Shown here in pieces: positions 42,015-48,808 of a stretch of DNA of 51,869 nt. The position numbers and the translations under genes are program-made. This DNA is from Chthoniobacter flavus. Lineage in GTDB: Bacteria > Verrucomicrobiota > Verrucomicrobiia > Chthoniobacterales > Terrimicrobiaceae. The notes beneath the pieces are model-generated. The model was not told where the DNA came from and did not search any database. It saw only the letters and a program-made list of their open reading frames with translations. Positions within the stretch are counted from its first letter, which is position 1, and each line of letters opens with the position of its first letter. Location: contig CAMDOJ010000001.1 of assembly GCA_945903555.1 (NCBI GenBank), forward strand, positions 1 through 51,869. The letters run 5' to 3'.

Positions 42015-42092
42015 GCGTTTGAGAAAAATCCCACTCTTCGTTTTTGTCGAGTGTTATCAGTAGATCTCGCTCCCTATCTTGTATGTGCAGTG

Positions 42093-42977
42093 CTAGGTCT
42101 GAGGTGACTCAAAGGGGAGAGTGACTGTAAATAGGGATCCTTTGCCAACGACGCTTTCTACGCTGATCTCACCGCCAAGCGAACGGCAGAAGTTCCGGCT
42201 GATGGCGAGGCCGAGACCAGTGCCGCCATATTTTCGCGTGGGCGATTCATCCGCTTGCGTGAAGGCTTCAAAAAGCCGCCCTATCTGCTCGGGTGCAATT
42301 CCGATGCCGCTGTCGGAGATGGTGAACTTGAGATGGTTCGTTCCGTTAACATATTCGCTGGCGACGCAGAAACGGATTAAACCTCGCTCGGTAAACTTGC
42401 TGGCATTGCTGAGTAGGTTGAAAAGGGTTTGGCGGATTTTTTTGAAATCGCTGTGGAATTCTCTGAGATTCGGCTGGATTTCGATTTCCAAGCGGTTTTG
42501 GTTTTTTAAAACGAGGGACTGCACGTCGGCAGCGACATCACGAATCATCGTGGAGAGATCAAATTTTTCTAGGTGGGTCGCTGTTTTTCCCGATTCAATA
42601 TCTGATAGTTCCAGAATATCGTTGATCGAGTGTAGCAGGTTCTTTCCTGCGCTATGGATTTTCTGCAGATCCGAGATGGAGGCGCATTGATCTCGCTCGG
42701 TGGCTGCTTCCATGAGCATCTCGCTATACCCAATGATGGCGTTCAGGGGAGTGCGCAACTCATGGTTCATATTTGCAAGAAAGGCGCTTTTTGTTTGTTG
42801 AAAGCTCTCGGCGGTGAAGTTCTCCTTTTTCAACTTTTGAGAGAGTGCGGCAAGCTCCACTTCTTTGGCCGATCTTATTTCACGAGCCAGATTCGAAGAA
42901 CGCTTTGCGAAAAATACCGCGAGCAAAAAACCGAATAAAAGTCCGCTGATACCCGCAATGAGTGCTTGTGCCATCAT
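42093..42977 (-). CDS. Membrane-anchored sensor histidine kinase (HisKA + HATPase_c) with no obvious sensor domain.
   Basis: It has one N-terminal TM and a coiled coil. The kinase boxes are the H-box FLANMNHELRTPLNAIIGYSEML, the N-box LLSNASKF and the G-boxes DSGIGI / GGTGLGLAI. Confidence 0.9.
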   Translation of the reverse strand: MMAQALIAGISGLLFGFLLAVFFAKRSSNLAREIRSAKEVELAALSQKLKKENFTAESFQQTKSAFLANMNHELRTPLNAIIGYSEMLMEAATERDQCASISDLQKIHSAGKNLLHSINDILELSDIESGKTATHLEKFDLSTMIRDVAADVQSLVLKNQNRLEIEIQPNLREFHSDFKKIRQTLFNLLSNASKFTERGLIRFCVASEYVNGTNHLKFTISDSGIGIAPEQIGRLFEAFTQADESPTRKYGGTGLGLAISRNFCRSLGGEISVESVVGKGSLFTVTLPFESPQT

Positions 42978-43113
42978 CGAGAGAAGACGCGAAGAGATAT
43001 TTTTTTCGACAACCGGCAGGTCAGATTAGCAAGACGTCTTGCCTGTCGGCCTTTCCTATCCGCAAAATCTAATGCGGGGAGATTTCTGCGCGGAAATTCG
43101 AATCGATGATTCA

Positions 43114-43533
43114 CTAGCTTGATGTGCTCTTGGAGACCGTGACGAAGTTAATCCCCGCCTCGCGTATATAGGTCATATCATCTGAAATCTTTCTGAGAAG
43201 AAGGATGCCAAGGCCTTCTGTGGGGCGATCCTCGGCGGGAAGATTGGTATCTGGTTCTTGAACTTCGAGTGGATTAAAAAAAGCACCATCATCGCGGTAT
43301 TGAATCAAGAGTTGATCTTTTTCGACAATAATTTCGACGTGGATGAGGTGTTCCTGATTGTCGGTGTAGCCGAGGTTGATCACATTTGTGGCGAGTTCCT
43401 CTATTGCGAGAATGGTCACATAGGAAGCATCTGGAGTCAGATTAAATGGAGTAAGCCAGCTCAACGCCTCATCCAGACCCTTGGACAGATCGGGCAGGTT
43501 GTTTTTGAATTCCAGTTTCAGGTTGTTGGTCAT
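43114..43533 (-). CDS. RsbW/SpoIIAB-like GHKL ATPase (anti-sigma-factor-type Ser kinase fold).
   Basis: It is 139 aa. ILAIEELATNVINLGY (N-box-like), EGLGILLLRKISDDMTY (G-box-like) and its size are typical of HATPase_c_2 proteins. Confidence 0.7.
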   Translation of the reverse strand: MTNNLKLEFKNNLPDLSKGLDEALSWLTPFNLTPDASYVTILAIEELATNVINLGYTDNQEHLIHVEIIVEKDQLLIQYRDDGAFFNPLEVQEPDTNLPAEDRPTEGLGILLLRKISDDMTYIREAGINFVTVSKSTSS

Positions 43534-43707
43534 GGTAGGAATTAATTTTGAATGAGGAAAAAACTGTTACCCGATGAGACGTTTTTTAAAAGGATCGTGG
43601 GGTGAGACACTTGACATTGAATAAGTATATTATTCTTCTCTAGCTTGAAATATTTAAACTCGTCGAGTCTTATGATTGGTCGGGGGGGCGAGTTCTAATC
43701 ATCTTCG

Positions 43708-44076
43708 TCACAATTTACTGAGTTGGATTTGCATTTTTTCGAGGAGACGTTCTAGGTCCACAGGCTTAGTATCGTAGTCGTCGCAGCCTGATTCTAACGC
43801 TTTATCCAAGTCACTAGAAAGGGAATACGCGCTGAGTCCGATCACCGGAATGCGCGCCGTGGAGGAATCGCTTTTTAACGTTCGGGTTGCTGTCCATCCG
43901 TCCATCACGGGAAGACTCATGTCCATCAGAATGAGATCTGGGATTTCGCTGCGGGCCATTTCTACACCTTGGGCCCCGTCGAGGGCCATGATCACAGCGA
44001 AACCCCGGCGACGGAGGCGCCGCGAAAGCATATCGCGGTTCATCTCATTGTCTTCGACTAGAAGAATCTTAGGCAT
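43708..44076 (-). CDS. Stand-alone response-regulator receiver (CheY-like).
   Basis: KILLVEDNEMN, LILMDMSLPVMDG (phospho-acceptor Asp), VIGLSAY and YDTKP support the call. There is no output domain. Confidence 0.9.
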   Translation of the reverse strand: MPKILLVEDNEMNRDMLSRRLRRRGFAVIMALDGAQGVEMARSEIPDLILMDMSLPVMDGWTATRTLKSDSSTARIPVIGLSAYSLSSDLDKALESGCDDYDTKPVDLERLLEKMQIQLSKL

Positions 44077-44221
44077 GACTACGTGGTTTTAGGAGTCCGT
44101 TCATTTAAAGACAAGCCGTAAACTGGAGCCGTCGAGAGGTTGACGATCGCTGGATTGATCGTTCAACGTGAGCGAGTGAGGGAGGGAGCTTGCTAAGGTA
44201 GAAAAGATGTGGTTTTTGTGA

Positions 44222-44542
44222 GTGATGTCCTATTTCTTGTTCGCCTTTTCGGCTCCTGGTTTTCCCGAGCTGATTTTTATTTTCTTACTCTGTCTCTTGC
44301 TTTTCGGTGCAAAGAAATTGCCGGAACTTGCGAAGGGGCTTGGTAAAAGCTTGGGGGAATTTCAAAAAGCCAAGGCGGAATTCGAGCGCGAAATCGCCAA
44401 AGCAGCCCTGCCAGTAGAAGTGAAGGGCCAACCGGATAAAGTCGCCCACTCCGTCTATTCGGTTGCGGCGTCTTCATCTTCTGAGTTAGAGGCGCGAGAG
44501 ACTTCCGAGACTCAGTCCGAGGTCTCGCCCGTGAAGTCTTGA
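44222..44542 (+). CDS. tatA: Twin-arginine translocase subunit TatA/E.
   Basis: A TM followed by FGAKKLPELAKGLGKSLGEFQKAK forms the TatA hinge and amphipathic-helix signature. The start is GTG 44222 or ATG 44225. Confidence 0.88.
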   Translation: MMSYFLFAFSAPGFPELIFIFLLCLLLFGAKKLPELAKGLGKSLGEFQKAKAEFEREIAKAALPVEVKGQPDKVAHSVYSVAASSSSELEARETSETQSEVSPVKS

Positions 44543-44557
44543 TGTCAGCGCACGGCT

Positions 44558-45073
44558 TTAGTTCGTCTGTATGAAGCTGCCGTTGGGAAGTTGGCGGAAG
44601 AGCGGTCTTCCACCCGGATAAGCAGAGATGTAAGTGCCATCAGGTTGCTGGACATAGCTAGGATTGACCGGAGCAAAGCCTCCATTAGATGTGCGAATGT
44701 AGAATTGCTGGTTGACGGGCTGCTGCTGATAACCAGGCTGCTGCTGATAACCGGACTGCTGCTGATAACCGGACTGCTGGCGCTGATCGCCCCCTCCGCC
44801 CGCCTTCGGAATAAAGGCATTGATGGCCTGTGATCCTACGCTTCCCGCCCCAGCAGAGATCGCGCCAGCAGCGACAGGATTCACTCCGCGCATCATGGCA
44901 CCAGTGCCTGCACCGATGCCTGCCGCGGTAACGGCTTGCAGTGTGGCTGCGCCCATCGGGGTCATGACAGAGCGCGAGCGTCCATCGGGTCCCATTTCCG
45001 TGGTGCATCCGGTGATTAACATAACGGTCGAGAAAAGTGAGAGCAAGGATGTGGTTTTCATGTGTGTGTTCAT
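44558..45073 (-). CDS. Lipoprotein with a Gly-zipper segment and a Q/G/Y-rich tandem-repeat region.
   Basis: It has a signal peptide and lipobox MKTTSLLSLFSTVMLITGC, a glycine-zipper-like AAGIGAGTGAMM...AAGAISAGAGSVG, and then QQSGYQQQSGYQQQPGYQQQP. Confidence 0.65.
   Translation of the reverse strand: MNTHMKTTSLLSLFSTVMLITGCTTEMGPDGRSRSVMTPMGAATLQAVTAAGIGAGTGAMMRGVNPVAAGAISAGAGSVGSQAINAFIPKAGGGGDQRQQSGYQQQSGYQQQPGYQQQPVNQQFYIRTSNGGFAPVNPSYVQQPDGTYISAYPGGRPLFRQLPNGSFIQTN
44720..44791. repeat. 18-bp tandem repeat, ~4 copies, in frame within the lipoprotein gene.
   Basis: CTGCTGCTGATAACC(AGG/GGA) occurs at 44720, 44738 and 44756, with a degenerate fourth copy at 44774. It encodes the (Q-Q-S/P-G-Y-Q)n repeats. 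Confidence 0.9.
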
Positions 45074-45140
45074 TATCAAATCATCGTGAGGAAAATCAAC
45101 CGCTTTTTGCCTCAGTATATGCCCTAGGATTGATCAAAAA

Positions 45141-46520
45141 TCAACCGACCTGCCGGTTGGCCCACGGGCCTTCGATGGCAACAGTGATCCCCGTTTTTTG
45201 AATGTTCGCAAATAGCGTTTTGTAATCAGGCGAGAAGCAGACGCCCGCGAGTTCGGAGGAATTATAGGAATTGCTGGCGATGTGGTAGTATTGGCCTTGC
45301 GGCGTGATTCCGACGATTCGGCAGGAGTGTTTGTCGTAGGTGTCCTCGGCGATGATCACATCTCCATAGTTGGAAATCGTGAGATTATCGGCATAGGAGA
45401 GGATACTCGCATCCTTGCTTTCCACGAATAGCTCCAACGTACCCCCGTCAGTGCCGGCCTTCCTCGAAGGGCGGTAACGGAAGATTTGCCCTTCCTTGAT
45501 GTGCCCGCCATTGGTGCAGGCAAAATAAATTTCGTCGTTGGCATACCACATCCCTTCGGCTCGAGCGAAAACCGCTGCGCCTTTGGATTGAGCTTGGTGG
45601 CGCAGATCGTCTTTCGGGGACTCCACCTCATCGAGGTCGACCCAAGTGACATCATAGGAGCGACACTCCTCAAACGTGCTGCTTTCCCAGTTCCGTGTGT
45701 CACATTTCGAGATGCCTTTGATTGCCAGAGCCTGCAAGAGCCCGCCGTCCATAAGCCTCCCAGGCGTGCGTGGAATAAACCGATAGATGGTCCCGTCTGG
45801 CAGATCCTCTGTTTGGTAAACATAGGAATTCACGGGATCCACCGCGACGGCTTCATGGCGGAATCGCCCCATCGCTTTGAGTGGAACCGCCTTTTGCAGC
45901 CCCACTCTCTCGGTCGCCTGAACCTCAAAGTTGTAGCCATGATCTTGCTTCCAGTCACCACCGGCTAAAATGTTATCGGTCTCTTCGCATGTGATCCAAC
46001 TGCCCCAGGGTGTTGACCCTCCGGCGCAATTTCGCTCTGTGCCACCCAAGCTCAAATACTCTGTTTCGATCTTTCCAGTGGCGGGATTGTAGATGTGTGT
46101 CGTCGTTCCTCCGAGCATGGGATTTTTGACTCCGGCATCATAGAGTTGGTCTTGGATCTTGGGAGTCAGCAGACGATGATTGCTGCCGAATGCGCCCTCG
46201 TTGTCTTTAGCTGAAATATCGATCTCATGATTCATGATCAAAATCACCCGACCATCTTTTCCCGGGAAGGCTGCCATCCCATCAGGTCTGGCTGGCAACC
46301 TTAGCCCATCCGACATGATTCGTCCCTTTTTTGCGATGACTCGGTAGGAAAAACCCTCGGGTAGATCTAGGATTCGCGCAGGGTCAGGCCGTAGCGCACC
46401 ATACCCGACGATCGTGGGAGTTAGTGTCGTCCTCTCCGCCGCAAACAGAGAGTAGGAGCGCAATCCCGCAAACCCGAGAGCAGCCAAGCCGGCGCGCTTA
46501 ATAAATTGTCTTCGATTCAT
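45141..46520 (-). CDS. Tat-exported DUF839 / PhoX-like beta-propeller protein (possible phosphatase).
   Basis: It has the twin-arginine signal MNRRQFIKRAGLAALGFAG. The motifs PDGMAAFPG, LIMNHE, NCAGGSTPWGSWITCEE, RFRHEAVAVDP and ELAGVCFSPD are typical of the DUF839/PhoX family. Confidence 0.75.
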   Translation of the reverse strand: MNRRQFIKRAGLAALGFAGLRSYSLFAAERTTLTPTIVGYGALRPDPARILDLPEGFSYRVIAKKGRIMSDGLRLPARPDGMAAFPGKDGRVILIMNHEIDISAKDNEGAFGSNHRLLTPKIQDQLYDAGVKNPMLGGTTTHIYNPATGKIETEYLSLGGTERNCAGGSTPWGSWITCEETDNILAGGDWKQDHGYNFEVQATERVGLQKAVPLKAMGRFRHEAVAVDPVNSYVYQTEDLPDGTIYRFIPRTPGRLMDGGLLQALAIKGISKCDTRNWESSTFEECRSYDVTWVDLDEVESPKDDLRHQAQSKGAAVFARAEGMWYANDEIYFACTNGGHIKEGQIFRYRPSRKAGTDGGTLELFVESKDASILSYADNLTISNYGDVIIAEDTYDKHSCRIVGITPQGQYYHIASNSYNSSELAGVCFSPDYKTLFANIQKTGITVAIEGPWANRQVG

Positions 46521-46635
46521 CAGGTTGGGGACAAGAGCTAAGTTGGAGCAAGTTTTTTAGGATAAAGTTTTACAGTTTTGAGCACCTTGCATGGGGGGCG
46601 AGACCGAAAACTAGCCGTATTCTCTTGGGGGCTGA

Positions 46636-47202
46636 TTACTTGCTGCCGGGCTTGATGGCTGTCGAGCCAACGAGGTCGGGTGGTAGGTTGTCGGGGGAGA
46701 AGGTTTCGACATTCATTTTGACGAGGGAGACAAACGGACATCCGAAATCCGGTAAATTTCCGCCACTCCGATCAACGATGCTGCCTGCGGCGAGGACGAT
46801 GCCGCCGTGGTCGCGGATGATCTGAATGGTCTCTTGAACTCTGCCGCCACGGGTCACGACATCCTCGGCGACGACAAATTGCTCGCCGGGCTTAATTTGA
46901 AATCCTCGGCGCAGAACGAGGCCGCCATCGCCGTCCTTCTCCACGAAGATGTGTTTTTTGCCAAGGTGGCGGGCGACTTCTTGTCCGACGATGATGCCGC
47001 CAACGGCCGGAGAAACGACGGTGACGGCGGGATAGGGACGAAGTTGATCGGCGAGCAGTCCGCAAACTTCGGAGGCGATCGCCGCATCCTGCAATAGCAG
47101 GGCGCATTGAAAAAACTCACGGCTATGCAATCCGCTTCGAAGCAGAAAGTGCCCGTGAAGAAGGGCGCCGGTTTTGTGAAAATATTCGAGAACCTTGTCC
47201 AT
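46636..47202 (-). CDS. pyrE: Orotate phosphoribosyltransferase.
   Basis: GHFLLRSGLHS and the PRPP-binding loop FVVAEDVVTRGGRV support the call, and the ~188-aa size fits the short PyrE class. Confidence 0.9.
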   Translation of the reverse strand: MDKVLEYFHKTGALLHGHFLLRSGLHSREFFQCALLLQDAAIASEVCGLLADQLRPYPAVTVVSPAVGGIIVGQEVARHLGKKHIFVEKDGDGGLVLRRGFQIKPGEQFVVAEDVVTRGGRVQETIQIIRDHGGIVLAAGSIVDRSGGNLPDFGCPFVSLVKMNVETFSPDNLPPDLVGSTAIKPGSK

Positions 47203-47225
47203 AGTGCCGTGCGTGCGAGGTCGAA

Positions 47226-47654
47226 TTATTTCTGATTATCCTGCACCCATTTGAGGAAGGCCTCGGGCGTTCTGAGTTGGTAGCCGACAATGCGGGCGAC
47301 TTCTTTGCCCGTGCTATCAAGGAGGATCAATGTGGGAAATCCCTCGACTTGATATTTTTGGGAGAGGGCTTCGTTGGCGGCTTTGAGCTCGGCGGATTGT
47401 TCTTTCGCTCGGGGAAAGTCGAACTTCACCAAGACGAGATTTTTTTTAGCAAAATCCTCAAAGGCGGGCTGCTCAAACACATCTTTTGTGAGTTTCATGC
47501 AGGGTGGGCACCAATCGGAGCCGGTGAACTCGAGGAGAATGGGCTTTTTGCTCGAAGCCGCTTGTGAGAGAGCGGTGGGGTAGTCGGTGCCCCAGATATC
47601 CGAGGCATGGAGGCTGGTCGTGGCAAGAAAGAGGCAGAGTAAAAGGCGTTTCAT
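47226..47654 (-). CDS. Secreted thioredoxin-fold protein (CxxC).
   Basis: It has the signal peptide MKRLLLCLFLATTSLHA, the WCPPC active site and FPTLILLD. The start is placed at ATG 47654; the track start at 47771 adds an implausible Arg/Pro-rich leader. Confidence 0.8.
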   Translation of the reverse strand: MKRLLLCLFLATTSLHASDIWGTDYPTALSQAASSKKPILLEFTGSDWCPPCMKLTKDVFEQPAFEDFAKKNLVLVKFDFPRAKEQSAELKAANEALSQKYQVEGFPTLILLDSTGKEVARIVGYQLRTPEAFLKWVQDNQK

Positions 47655-48009
47655 GACCTTAAGCATGACCTCATTCGAGGGGATTTCAATGAGAAAACCG
47701 AATCTGGGAGGGTGTTGAATGCTGTGGCACGCGTAAAAAATTGGACACCGACGGCGCGGCGTCCCTACCATTTGTCAGGATGTGCTGCCGCACCATTCGC
47801 GATGCAAACTCCTCTGCGCCCGTATCACCAACCGCCCCTCGTTTCGAGGGTAGGGATCCGCCTTCGGGAACTCCGGCGTGAAGATTGGCGCGCCGCAGTC
47901 GTCCGACTCCCCCGCCAGAGGTGCCTCCGCATCCCAGAAGCTGCGTAGTCGCTCCAACCTGAGATCTACGAACCGGAAGAAGCGCGTAAAATAGCGCGCG
48001 GCGGGTATT

Positions 48010-48723
48010 TTATTTAGCGGGTTTTTTTGCTCCCTTGGCAACTTTGGCTGATTTCGGGGCCTCAGCAGGCGCATCATCTTGGGGTTCGTCTATCTCGGGG
48101 GAAAGGAGGGGGCCCGCTGCCGGTTCGTCTATCTCGGGGGAGAGCGGGAGGCCTGCTGCAGGTTCCTCTTTAGCGGTCGCATCCGCGTTCATTTGCTCGA
48201 AGAGTTTGGCGGGATCGAACGGTTCCTCGGCCGAGGAAGCGGACTGGGTGTTCTGAATTTCCGAGAGAAGAGGAGCAAACCCCGAGCTTGGCGACGGCAC
48301 TGGTGTAGATTGATGAGTGGGCTTTTCCACTTCGGGAATCTTGACGACGATTTGATCAACAATTTCAAAAATTTCCTCTTCTGCGCGGATGGTGTCAGCG
48401 GCTTTGATAACGAAAGGTTCGCGGGTACTCTCGTCACCATACTGGATCCAACCTTGGATTGAAGATTCGCGTGAGCTACCGGTCATTCGTGACTGGACTA
48501 AGGCACTGGTCTTCTGCACGCCGCTATCCGAGGTGAGAAGGACTTGGAGCGAGCTCGAGTTATCGGTGAAGTTTGTGAATCTCTTCAGGCTCCACTTGCC
48601 GCCAGAGGAGGGAGGAGCAGATAGGGCATCCTTCAAAAAATTTTCTGCAATGGCAACAAATCCGAACGAGGTTAACTTCATAGGAATATACGTATCAACA
48701 CTGGATTCGTTTGTCTCTGTCAA
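48010..48723 (-). CDS. Hypothetical protein: ~120-aa N-terminal globular part, an acidic Pro-rich repeat tail and a Lys-rich C-terminus.
   Basis: I recognise no family. The track start is TTG 48723; the first ATG is at 48681 (MKLTSFGF). It contains an in-frame 39-bp duplication. Confidence 0.55.
   Translation of the reverse strand: MTETNESSVDTYIPMKLTSFGFVAIAENFLKDALSAPPSSGGKWSLKRFTNFTDNSSSLQVLLTSDSGVQKTSALVQSRMTGSSRESSIQGWIQYGDESTREPFVIKAADTIRAEEEIFEIVDQIVVKIPEVEKPTHQSTPVPSPSSGFAPLLSEIQNTQSASSAEEPFDPAKLFEQMNADATAKEEPAAGLPLSPEIDEPAAGPLLSPEIDEPQDDAPAEAPKSAKVAKGAKKPAK
48083..48166. repeat. 39-bp tandem duplication (~2.1 copies) inside the hypothetical gene.
   Basis: GGTTCGTCTATCTCGGGGGA... occurs at 48083 and again at 48122, with a third partial copy at 48161. 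It encodes EPAAG(L/P)(P/L)LSPEID twice. Confidence 0.9.
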
Positions 48724-48808
48724 GTTCTGCCTGCAACGGGGTGCCGATAAGCTAAACTTTTATTGGCATTACTAAAAAGGGGTAAGTATCATAGTCAGTC
48801 TAAAAGTA

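Noticed and set aside
47712-48077. ORFs 47712-47948 (+, 78 aa) and 47775-48077 (-, 100 aa) in the GC-rich spacer.
   Set aside because: They are Arg/Pro-rich low-complexity translations. The minus-strand ORF overlaps the 3' end of the neighbouring gene by 68 nt. Neither has a start context or motifs, so the region is treated as non-coding.
48732-48746. A sigma54-like -24/-12 element (CGGCACCCCGTTGCA on the minus strand) next to the NtrC-type activator gene.
   Set aside because: GG and GC are separated by 9 nt rather than the essentially invariant 10 nt, and the -24 T is missing. It is kept only as a caveat in the related finding, not called as a promoter.
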